Positions 31,343 to 39,064 of a stretch of 64,000 nucleotides of DNA are shown one piece after another; positions within the stretch are counted from its first letter, which is position 1, and each line of letters opens with the position of its first letter. Both the position numbers and the translations under genes were made by a program. The DNA is taken from NCBI GenBank assembly GCA_963782055.1, contig CAWAIF010000003.1, positions 3,392,001-3,456,000 of the forward strand, read 5' to 3'. The stretch comes from an uncultured delta proteobacterium (GTDB lineage: Bacteria > Myxococcota_A > Polyangia > Polyangiales > Polyangiaceae). Below the pieces are notes generated by a model. That model did no database searches, was not told the origin of the DNA, and was given only the letters and a program-made list of their open reading frames with translations.

Positions 31343-31927
31343 GGCTTCATGCCCTCCAGCGCCGCAGCAACGGCCCCCATCGCCTCCGGGTAAGGCTCGA
31401 GCGCATCGCCGATCGCGACCTGGATCCTCGCAAACGTGGGCGTGCTCAAGAATCCGCCGGTCGAGCGCGGCGCCGTCGATCTTGTCCAGGATGGCGAGCG
31501 ATGCGCAGCACGAAGACACGAGCCGCGCCTTGGCGGAGGGCGGGAGGCCCGCGGCTCCCTTCGCGCGCAGCTCACCAAGCAAACCCGCGATCGTCTGCCG
31601 GAGCTCGCGCGCCACCGCGTCGACGTCGAGCTCGTCGCCCGCGTCGCCCCCGGCGGCGACGGGATGGTCACCCTCCGAGGCGCGTACCGGCGGGGCCTGG
31701 ACGGCCCCAGGAAGCGCCGGGCCGCACGCCTCGTCCCAGGACGCTACCGGGATGGCGTAAGCGGCCTCCAGGCGCGCCCTGGCAGCCGCGCCGGGGCGGG
31801 AGCGCCCCTTTACCCAGTGGTGTGCCGAGGTGACGGAAGCGCCGGCCGCCGTCGCAATCTCCTCCAGGGTGAGGCCAAGCCGGGAGAGCAGATCGGCGCC
31901 GGGGCTCATCTTCGCGTGTCGGGTCAT
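31339..31927 (-). pseudogene. XRE-HTH protein with helical C-terminus, apparent +1 frameshift near 31441
   Basis: N-terminal HTH (LGLTLEEIATAAGASVTSAHHWVKGRSRPG); removing one base gives ...RRILEHPTFARIQVAIGDALEPYPEAMGAVAAALEGMKP* and restores GTGA coupling. Confidence 0.55.
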
Positions 31928-32060
31928 GTAGTTTCACCTGTGAAGGTTTCAGATTTTCGGGGCGGAAAATTACAAGCAGAGCACTTGTCGGTGTTGCGCT
32001 CCCTATGACTGTTGAAGGGGGGTCATGGTCACCAGGGCGGGCCACGGCGGCGCAGTCGAA

Positions 32061-32186
32061 GCGTGGGCGTGTGGGCAACGTGGGTACCCACGCCGTGTGC
32101 CCACCCGTCCACGCCCCAAGCGTGGGCGTGGGCACGCAGGGGGGGTATGGGGGGGAGTTGCCCACGCCCACGCTCTTGCCCACGGG
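32061..32186. other. Putative replication origin (iteron-like GTGGGC/GCCCAC cluster)
   Basis: Many GTGGG(C) units in both orientations; 16-bp inverted repeat 32119-32134 / 32159-32174; palindrome CGTGGGTACCCACG; directly downstream of the primase-helicase. Confidence 0.65.
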
Positions 32187-32191
32187 CAGGG

Positions 32192-34288
32192 TCAGAGACA
32201 CCTTGTCACCTCGTCGGGCAGGCGCGTCCGGTCGATGGTCAACGCCGTGCTGCCCTTGTGCTTGGCCTGGAGCAGCGCCGGGCCGAGGCAGGCCACCGCC
32301 GGTGCCCACCGCCGAGAGTTGTCCGCCACGGTGGCGAGCCGCGCCTCCCGGACGCTGCAGCCGTCGTGAGCCAGGACGTACGCGGCGACGGCGCCGGCGT
32401 CGGCGGTGATCTTCGCGACCTTCGCCTGATCCTTCCGGGCCGCCTTCTCCTCGCGTTCGGCGGCGCGCCGGTCCTGCGCCTCGGCCCACGCCGACACGAT
32501 GCGACCGCCGCGGTCCTCCGGCTCCCGGTAGGAGAAACCGGTGAAGCGCAAGGGCGACCAGGACGCGCCGGTCGCGCGGCCCTTCGCGGTCGCGAAGATG
32601 ACGTCCACCCCCTGCCCTTCGACGAAGGTCTCCGACACCTTGAGCAGCATCGAAACGCTGTCCGCGCTGAACTCGATCTCGCCGGATTCCTTGGCCGTGC
32701 CGACCAGCACGTCCGGGTTGCGCAGGCGGCGGCGGATCGGCGCGCCGTGCTCGTCGGCGTCGAAGTCGAGCCCGGCCGAGGTGATCAGCCTGTCGGTGTC
32801 GTACTGCGCACGCCCGATGCTGGAGACGACCAGCACCACCGCGCCGAGGCGCACCGCGACGTCACGGGCGAAGTACGCGGCCCGCCCGATACGCTCCCGC
32901 AGGTCGAGCGCCCGACCGTCGCGGGTCTCCTCCCCGATGATCTGCAAGAAGTCGAGCACGACCAGGAACGGACGCGAGCCAGGCCCTTTTGCCTCCGGGT
33001 ACTTCGCGCGCATCGCCTCGGCCACGCGGCCGAGCTCCGACACGGGCCACCCCTGCGGCCTGGAGAAAACGAAGTGCAGCGGGAGCCCTTCGAGGCGAGG
33101 CGCGACGGCGCGGATGCTCTCCAGGTACTTCGGCCCGGCCTGCCCGGTGTAGACCTTCGACCAGGGCACGCGGGCTTCCTCCCCGAGCAGCCGTAGGGCG
33201 ACCTGGAGCTCCTCCAGCTCCAGGGTGATGTACGCGGCGGGGAAGCCTGCGCGCGCCCCGTGTAGCGCGACCTGGAGCCCGAGCGCGGTCTTTCCAAGAC
33301 CGGTCCCGGCGTTCAGGAAGTGCACGCCCGACCAGAGTCCGCCGCCGAAGTGCGGGAGCAGGCTCGGCCACGGGAGTGGGATCGGCTTCTCGTCGCCGTT
33401 GGCCCGGCGTTCCGCGCGGACCAGCGCGTCCGGGATGATCTCCTCCAGCGTGACCAGCGCCGGCGGCGGTGCCTCGTCCAGGTACGCGCGCCCGGTCGGG
33501 GGGTGCGGCTCGCACTCGTCGGTCTCGCCCTCCAGCCCGACGAGCTGCTCGAGCGTGCCGCCGGCGGCGAGCAGGTCGGAGACGTCCTTGTGTGGCGAGG
33601 GGCACTCGAGCACCGACACCGAAAGGGCCGCGCCATCGAGCGAGGCGGCCACCTGGCGCGCATGGTCGCGCCCCGGCGTGTCGGCGTCGGCGATGATGAT
33701 GACGGCGCGTCCTGCGAGCACCTGGCGAGCGTGTGTGGCAACGAAGCGCCATTTGCCCGCGCCCATGGCGGCAGTCGTCGCGGTGTAGCCCTTGGCGGCG
33801 AGCGCGTCGGCGTCCTTCTCGCCTTCGACGATGTACACCGGCCGGTCGCCGTCATCCTCGAGCAGCTCGGGAAGGCGGTAGAGCACGCGCTCCACGTCGC
33901 CCAGCGAATGGATCCAACCCCCGGCGCCGTCCGGCTTGCGCTGGCGGAAGTCCTTCGGCTCGTAGCGCACGGCCTGGTAGAGCAACTCGCCGGCCGCGTT
34001 GCGGTAGTCGTACGTCTTGACAATCTGCCGAATCTGCGAAACCCGAGCGGCACCATGCGACGTGCCGCACTTGCAGCTCCCGTGCATCCGATGGGCGTAG
34101 GTCGGCGGCGTCGCGTTGCTCGCGTCGAGGCTGCCCGCGTGCTCGTCGCTTGTACAATGCACGTAGTCACCATCGGCCGACGTGAAGCCGGCGCAGCGCT
34201 TGCCCTTTCCGCGCGGGTCGCCTTCGGCGCCGTCGCAGATCGGGCAACGGTTCGTCTTCGTGTGCCGCAGCCTTGCCGGAACGCTCAT
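32192..34288 (-). CDS. Primase-helicase (Zn-binding, TOPRIM and DnaB-like SF4 helicase domains)
   Basis: CPIC...C...C N-terminus; IVEGEKDADAL and IADADTPG (TOPRIM); AGTGLGKT Walker A, VVLDFLQII, KESGEIEFSAD (DnaB-type). Confidence 0.88.
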   Translation of the reverse strand: MSVPARLRHTKTNRCPICDGAEGDPRGKGKRCAGFTSADGDYVHCTSDEHAGSLDASNATPPTYAHRMHGSCKCGTSHGAARVSQIRQIVKTYDYRNAAGELLYQAVRYEPKDFRQRKPDGAGGWIHSLGDVERVLYRLPELLEDDGDRPVYIVEGEKDADALAAKGYTATTAAMGAGKWRFVATHARQVLAGRAVIIIADADTPGRDHARQVAASLDGAALSVSVLECPSPHKDVSDLLAAGGTLEQLVGLEGETDECEPHPPTGRAYLDEAPPPALVTLEEIIPDALVRAERRANGDEKPIPLPWPSLLPHFGGGLWSGVHFLNAGTGLGKTALGLQVALHGARAGFPAAYITLELEELQVALRLLGEEARVPWSKVYTGQAGPKYLESIRAVAPRLEGLPLHFVFSRPQGWPVSELGRVAEAMRAKYPEAKGPGSRPFLVVLDFLQIIGEETRDGRALDLRERIGRAAYFARDVAVRLGAVVLVVSSIGRAQYDTDRLITSAGLDFDADEHGAPIRRRLRNPDVLVGTAKESGEIEFSADSVSMLLKVSETFVEGQGVDVIFATAKGRATGASWSPLRFTGFSYREPEDRGGRIVSAWAEAQDRRAAEREEKAARKDQAKVAKITADAGAVAAYVLAHDGCSVREARLATVADNSRRWAPAVACLGPALLQAKHKGSTALTIDRTRLPDEVTRCL

Positions 34289-34473
34289 GCGGCCCCCGCG
34301 CACGGCACGCACAGCACGACGACGGGCCGGTCCTCGGCGTCGACCACAAGCGCCCGGTGCGCAGGGCACAGGCGCTCGCCGCAGGCGGCGCACCGGCCAC
34401 CCTGCAGTAGCGCCAGGCGGGCCACGGGCGCGCGGAGAGAGGCAGCATGGGCACGGCGGGCGGCGCGGTTCAT
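34285..34473 (-). CDS. Small Zn-finger protein (degenerate endonuclease VII/HNH-like)
   Basis: LQGGRCAACG...LVVD...LCVPC; ATGA coupling at both ends. Confidence 0.6.
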   Translation of the reverse strand: MNRAARRAHAASLRAPVARLALLQGGRCAACGERLCPAHRALVVDAEDRPVVVLCVPCAGAA

Positions 34474-34808
34474 CGGCTCGCCCCCAGGCGGCGGAGGGCG
34501 CGCTCTACGTCGGCCTCGCCCTCCACGGGCGCCACCACCCGCGGGCCGCGGGCGCGGAGCCACGCGTCGACGGAGGCGCGTGGGGCGAGCCACCGGCGGC
34601 CGACGCGGACCGCGCCGCCGATCTCCCCTCGCCGGCAAAGGCTGTAGAGTACACGTTTCGACGCGGGCACCTCTCGCGCCACGTCGACGAGCTCGTCGCG
34701 CGGGGACAGGAGGGCGGCGACGCGCGGAGCGAGGGCGGCGGCGAGCGCGTCGAGTGCGACGGCGGCCGGGTCGGACGCGGGCGGCGGAGGAGCGGCGCGG
34801 AGGCTCAT
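34470..34808 (-). CDS. Excisionase-like winged-HTH protein
   Basis: SKRVLYSLCRRGEIGGAVRVGRRWLAPRASVDAWL (Xis/HTH_17 pattern). Confidence 0.75.
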   Translation of the reverse strand: MSLRAAPPPPASDPAAVALDALAAALAPRVAALLSPRDELVDVAREVPASKRVLYSLCRRGEIGGAVRVGRRWLAPRASVDAWLRARGPRVVAPVEGEADVERALRRLGASR

Positions 34809-35026
34809 CTCGCCCTCGCGAGGTGGATCACCTGCGCCCCCGGTCGGCGCGCGATGGCGGCGGCCGCCGTCTCGATCCAGTAGCGGGTCGTCGGTCGCGC
34901 GTCCCCGGTGAGGTAGGAGCGCAGCGTGGACGGGACGACGGCGAGCTCGCGGGCGGCGGCGGCGGTGCCCAGGCGCCGGGCGAGCTGCACGACGTCGCGG
35001 GCGGGCTCGTAGGTGGTGGCATGCAT
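34805..35026 (-). CDS. Small Cro-like HTH protein
   Basis: LGTAAAARELAVVPSTLRSYLTG; ATGA coupling to the xis-like gene. Confidence 0.65.
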   Translation of the reverse strand: MHATTYEPARDVVQLARRLGTAAAARELAVVPSTLRSYLTGDARPTTRYWIETAAAAIARRPGAQVIHLARAR

Positions 35027-35060
35027 CGACGCGGAGCATGCATCCGCGTACCCACGTAGG

Positions 35061-35089
35061 GGGGGCGTCCGCGGAGGACGCCCCCTTTT
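35061..35089. terminator. GC-rich hairpin inside the element
   Basis: GGGGGCGTCC-gcgga-GGACGCCCCC-TTTT, immediately after the stop of 35088..35753. Confidence 0.55.
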
Positions 35090-35753
35090 ACTCGGCGTTT
35101 TTGCGCATCTTCTGGACGCGCCGCTTCGCGTCTTCCGCCTTCACCACGACGCCAATCTCCCTGCAGACTTGCTCGAGCACGTTCCACTTGCTCAGTCCGG
35201 GGCCGGGGACGAAGGACTCCACCAGCGCGTCAGCCGACTTCAAGGTGAGCTTCTCCGCGTGCTCCGGGTAGTGCTCCGCGAACTCCAGGCGCAGGATCCG
35301 CCCGAAGGATCCGAGTTGCTGCGCAGCGCTCAAGAGGGCGGCCGCTCCCTCGCTCGGATGGTCGCTGCACTTCGCCTCGGCGGCCAGGGCTAGCGCGTGC
35401 TCCGCACACACGGCGAGCCGCGCGGCGATCGCGGTGGGGCTGTCGCCGGCCTCGGTGAACAATCGGTTCGCGGCCGCTACGACTTCGAGGGCCTCCTCCG
35501 CGTAGTCCTCGCCGCGCTCGCCCAGCGCCCGGCGGACGTAGGCGATCCTCGCCTCCAGCATGTCGAGTTGCTCCCTCGCCAGCGATGCGGTGCGGCCCCT
35601 GCTCCTCTCGTAGTTCTGCACGCGTTCCACCAGGCGCGCAGCGCGAGCCGGCGGCGGCGCGCGCGCGATCTCGTCCCGGAGCCGCTGCGCTGTCTGCTCG
35701 CGCGGTGCCCCTGTCGCGTTGCCGACATCCGCCTTCTTCGCTACTCTTCGCAT
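35088..35753 (-). CDS. Element hypothetical helical protein
   Basis: 221-aa ORF upstream of the replication module. Confidence 0.6.
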   Translation of the reverse strand: MRRVAKKADVGNATGAPREQTAQRLRDEIARAPPPARAARLVERVQNYERSRGRTASLAREQLDMLEARIAYVRRALGERGEDYAEEALEVVAAANRLFTEAGDSPTAIAARLAVCAEHALALAAEAKCSDHPSEGAAALLSAAQQLGSFGRILRLEFAEHYPEHAEKLTLKSADALVESFVPGPGLSKWNVLEQVCREIGVVVKAEDAKRRVQKMRKNAE

Positions 35754-35820
35754 GTCGAACCTCGTCCGTTCGTCCTGCGCCAGGGGGCTTGCCGGCCCGC
35801 CTGGCGCTTCCTTTTGGAGC

Positions 35821-36073
35821 CTACGTCTTCCGTCGCGCGTCAGCCAACACGGCCACCGTGGCCCGCTTCGTGCTCCGCCGCACTTCGATCAAGGCGAGGG
35901 CGCGCGCGTCGTCGCCCTCGTCCAGGGCGAGCTTGATCGCCACCACGAGGGCGTCGTCTGCCGTGCCAATGGCGTGCCAATGGGGGTCCCGAGGCGTCCC
36001 CACCGTCCCGACGGTAGGCGAAAAAGCCCGAGTAAACGGCACTTCGGCACCTGCCGGTACACCCTCACTTCGG
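35821..36073 (-). other. Displaced 3' segment of the integrase gene (83 codons plus stop), in frame with int after excision
   Basis: Open frame from the attR core to TAG 35821, in the same phase that int uses across attL. Confidence 0.75.
35962..35983. repeat. Putative integrase arm-type sites, right end
   Basis: CGTGCCAATGG x2, reverse complement of the left-end repeats. Confidence 0.75.
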
Positions 36074-36120
36074 CTTTTAATCCGTAGGTCGCGGGTTCGA
36101 GTCCCGCTCGGCCCACCACG
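36074..36120 (+). repeat. attR core (47-bp duplicate of the tRNA-Lys 3' half)
   Basis: Identical to 25845-25891; the tRNA 5' half is absent here. Confidence 0.95.
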
Positions 36121-36123
36121 CGC

Positions 36124-36747
36124 TCACTTGAACCCGGTCAAGTGCACGACGTACCACTCGCCGCGCCAGGAGATCATCGAGCTGACCCCCAGCACGCGCG
36201 GGCGGCCGTCCACCTCGTAGCGCAGGCGCGTGCCGTAGACGCGCCAGTAGCCGAGCTTGTTGCCCTCCTCGCCGGGGTCCACCCACCGCGCCAGATCGGG
36301 CACGTCGATGCCCACCAGCTTCGCCTCGGTGGCGTCGCGCCCGAGCTTGGCGTGCGCGGCGTGGATGTCGCGCGCGAAGTTGGCGACGAGGCGGTGCTTC
36401 CAGTCGGAGTCGGGGTAGGGGATGGCCTTGACCTGCTCGTACGCCGTCTTCGGGAAGAAGAACGCCATCGCGCGCGCGGGGTCGTCGTTGACGACGCCCT
36501 CCCAGAGCGCCTCGACGCGCGCGTGGAACGCCGGCGCGGCGGCGGACGGGCGCTCGCGCGTCTGCGGCAACACCCCCGGATCCACGTCCGGCGCCGCGTC
36601 GTGCGCGGCGTCCGCGACGCCCGCCTCCCGGACCGCCGGCGGGGGCATCGGTGACACGGAGTCGGCCCCCGCCTGGCCGTGCCAGGTGGGTGGGTCCCCG
36701 CGGGAGCAACCCACGAGAATCACGGCGAGAAAGAAATGGAAACGCAT
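36124..36747 (-). CDS. Hypothetical lipoprotein
   Basis: MRFHFFLAVILVGC lipobox; DAA linker; globular C-terminal domain. Confidence 0.75.
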   Translation of the reverse strand: MRFHFFLAVILVGCSRGDPPTWHGQAGADSVSPMPPPAVREAGVADAAHDAAPDVDPGVLPQTRERPSAAAPAFHARVEALWEGVVNDDPARAMAFFFPKTAYEQVKAIPYPDSDWKHRLVANFARDIHAAHAKLGRDATEAKLVGIDVPDLARWVDPGEEGNKLGYWRVYGTRLRYEVDGRPRVLGVSSMISWRGEWYVVHLTGFK

Positions 36748-36837
36748 AGACCGCGGGGTGCCCCGTCCAACTGTAAGAGTCGTTGACGTTGGGCGTTTGG
36801 ACCGATAGCACTTCCAAGCGCCCTGGAGGACTTCCCC

Positions 36838-37293
36838 ATGAAGAGGCTCTTTTCGACGGTCGTTGTGGCGATGGTGGTGGTCGGCGTCACGGCGACGGCC
36901 TGCAAGCACGAGGATGACACCGCGGCGGCGGCCACGCCGAGCGCCAGCGCGAGCGCGTACCCCGGGTACCCGCCGCCGCAGCAGGGCTACCCGCCGCAGC
37001 AGGGGCAGTACCCGCAGCAGGGCTACCCGCCGCCCCAGCAGGGCTACCCGCCGCAGCAGGGTACGGTGGCGCCCCCGCCCACCGCCACCGCCCCCGCGCC
37101 CTCCGCGACGATGGCCGTCCCCAACCAGATGGCCTTCCCGTGCTCCAGCGACGCCAACTGTGGCCTCGCGCACTGCAACACCCAGTACGGCAAGTGCGCG
37201 TTCCCCTGCGTCAACTCCGACGTGGACTGCATCTCCGGCGCGCAGTGCAACACCGCGACCGGCCTCTGCGTCCCGAAGGTCGGCGGCCAGTAG
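36838..37293 (+). CDS. Lipoprotein with GYPPQQ repeats and Cys-rich C-terminus
   Basis: GGAGG RBS, ATAC lipobox, tandem PPQQGY repeats, seven C-terminal Cys. Confidence 0.8.
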   Translation: MKRLFSTVVVAMVVVGVTATACKHEDDTAAAATPSASASAYPGYPPPQQGYPPQQGQYPQQGYPPPQQGYPPQQGTVAPPPTATAPAPSATMAVPNQMAFPCSSDANCGLAHCNTQYGKCAFPCVNSDVDCISGAQCNTATGLCVPKVGGQ

Positions 37294-37297
37294 ACGG

Positions 37298-37338
37298 CCT
37301 CACCCCCGGCCCCCTCTCCCCGCGAGGGAGAGGGGAGA
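37298..37338. repeat. REP-like hairpin between convergent genes
   Basis: CCTCACCCCCGG-CCCCTCTCCC-cgcga-GGGAGAGGGG. Confidence 0.55.
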
Positions 37339-37350
37339 AGCGCGGAGGGG

Positions 37351-38928
37351 CTAGTAGCTGGTGATGAAGGAGTCCATCTTCGGGTTGGCTGGCCACACCA
37401 GCTGGCGGACGGAGCGGTCGACGCACGCCGCCATCCCGGAGTTGGGCGGCGTGGTGTAGACGCTCACGCCCACCGCGCGGCCCATCTTGATCGCCACCTT
37501 CACGGTGACGTGCATGCTGTCGGGCACGCCGCACGAGTTGAGGAAGCCGCCGTTCTTCATCGGGCCGGCGAGCTGCGTGTCGGTGAGATCCGGGCCGCCC
37601 TGCGGGCCGCCGATGTTGATCTCCTGGTTGTTCTTGGAGAGCGCCGCCTCGTAGCTCAGGCCCCCGGGGAAGCCGCCCCCGCCGCCGTGGCCGCCGCCCG
37701 CGTGGTGCCGCTTCTGGCCCTTGATGCTGCCCGCCGGATCCAGGGCGAGGGCGTTGTTGTCGTCGGCGATCTTGATCTTGTCGTTGCGCGCGCCCACCGC
37801 CTTGAAGATGAAGACGCCCACCACCGCCACCAGGGCGACGACGATGGCGATGCCGATCGTCGACTTGGCGACGCCGGCCGTCTTTTCCTCCTGGGCGACC
37901 CGCGCCACTTCCTTCTTCTCGGCGACAATCTCGCGCTTGAGCGCGGCCTGCTCGGCGAAGGGGGCGAACTCCTCCCAGTCCTTGATGGGGTGCGACTGGC
38001 CGGAGATCTCGTCCCGCAGGCCGTGGTCGAGCGTGAACGTGTTGGAGGTGATCTGCTGGAGCAGCTCCACGGCGGTGAAGGGGCCGTGGTCCATCTTGTC
38101 CTTGCTCACGACGTAGCGAGGGCGCGGGTCGCTCTCCAGGCGCTCCTTCAGCACGCCGAGGCGCTGGGTCGGATCGTTGTTGGACTTGGGCTGCGGCGCC
38201 GACGGGCGGACGTTGCCGAAGGGGTCGGAGGTGTCGATGTTGGGCAGGCGCGCGGGCTGCGGGATGCCGGGCACCTCCGGCGCGGCGTCCAGCGCGGGCG
38301 CGGCCTCCGACGGGGGGAGCATGGAGAGGCGGATGTCGACGTCGAAGCTCTCAGTGTGGTCCAGCCGGGAGGTGTCGACGTCCGGCGGCGGGATGCTCTT
38401 CATCGGCGCGACGTGGTGCATCGCGGAGGCGAGCGCGCCCAGATCGTCCGGGCGGTGGGCGGGATCGCCCACCAGGGCCTTCGCCAGCAGTCCCTCCATC
38501 GCGTCGGGGATGGTGGGGTCAATCTCCTTGGGGCGGCGCATGGCCGGGCCGATGTGCTCGCCGGTGACCAGCTCGTAGAGCAGGGCGCCCAGGGAGAAGA
38601 CGCTGGCGCGGGCGTCGCCCGGGGCGAGGGTCTGCTGGAGCTCGGGCGCCATGCACATGCGGTCGCGCGGGTTGGTCGGCACGAGCGCGAGCGCCGGCTC
38701 GAGGCGGGCCAGGCCGTCGGGTCCCGGGGCGATGGCCGAGGGATGGACGTAGTGCTTCTCCCCTCTGTCGTGCCGTACCTTGAGGTCGAGACACAGGGGG
38801 ACGATGATCGCGATGGCCTCATCGAGCGAGAAGCGACGTCCTTCGCCTTTGCGCTGATCGAGGAGGGTACGAAGGGTCACCGTGGGCGCTGCGCCGCGGG
38901 CGCTCGACGCCACAGTCGCTGCTGTCAT
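37351..38928 (-). CDS. Membrane protein: truncated pseudokinase, GYF-like domain, TM, TonB-C/AgmX-like C-terminus
   Basis: MAPE, SVFSLGALLYELVTG (kinase C-lobe only); YVV...HGPFTAVELLQ; one TM; C-terminal SC...CV...LVWP. Confidence 0.7.
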   Translation of the reverse strand: MTAATVASSARGAAPTVTLRTLLDQRKGEGRRFSLDEAIAIIVPLCLDLKVRHDRGEKHYVHPSAIAPGPDGLARLEPALALVPTNPRDRMCMAPELQQTLAPGDARASVFSLGALLYELVTGEHIGPAMRRPKEIDPTIPDAMEGLLAKALVGDPAHRPDDLGALASAMHHVAPMKSIPPPDVDTSRLDHTESFDVDIRLSMLPPSEAAPALDAAPEVPGIPQPARLPNIDTSDPFGNVRPSAPQPKSNNDPTQRLGVLKERLESDPRPRYVVSKDKMDHGPFTAVELLQQITSNTFTLDHGLRDEISGQSHPIKDWEEFAPFAEQAALKREIVAEKKEVARVAQEEKTAGVAKSTIGIAIVVALVAVVGVFIFKAVGARNDKIKIADDNNALALDPAGSIKGQKRHHAGGGHGGGGGFPGGLSYEAALSKNNQEINIGGPQGGPDLTDTQLAGPMKNGGFLNSCGVPDSMHVTVKVAIKMGRAVGVSVYTTPPNSGMAACVDRSVRQLVWPANPKMDSFITSY

Positions 38929-39035
38929 GGTAGCTGAGACTACGGCAGCCCGGGCGTTCCCTCAATGGCGACCGAGCGCTTTTCGGAGCGTTTCGCTCGG
39001 CGAAATCGGCTGCTCCTGCACGATTGCGCTCGTGC

Positions 39036-39060
39036 AAAAAAAAGGGGCGGCCTTCGGCCG
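39036..39060 (-). terminator. Rho-independent terminator of the DEAD-box gene
   Basis: CGGCC-gaa-GGCCG stem then CCCC and T8 on the minus strand. Confidence 0.65.
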
Positions 39061-39064
39061 GAGC

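Larger units (their letters stand above)
25845..36120. mobile_element. tRNA-Lys-integrated phage-satellite-like element (10,229-bp excisable unit)
   Basis: Perfect 47-bp terminal direct repeats, tyrosine integrase, excisionase-like and HTH genes, primase-helicase, chain of short coupled ORFs; no recognisable virion genes. Confidence 0.9.

Noticed and set aside
28482..31927. Capsid or other virion genes among the element's unknown ORFs
   Set aside because: No ORF shows recognisable major capsid, portal, protease or large-terminase motifs; remote homology cannot be excluded without structure search
36074..36120. Second tRNA-Lys gene
   Set aside because: Only the anticodon loop and 3' half are present; this is the attR duplicate
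36960..37062. Short tandem repeats as a possible CRISPR array (also 39630-39720 and 41094-41130)
   Set aside because: In-frame coding repeats (PPQQGY, REREARPP, TETT) without unique spacers; no cas genes in the window
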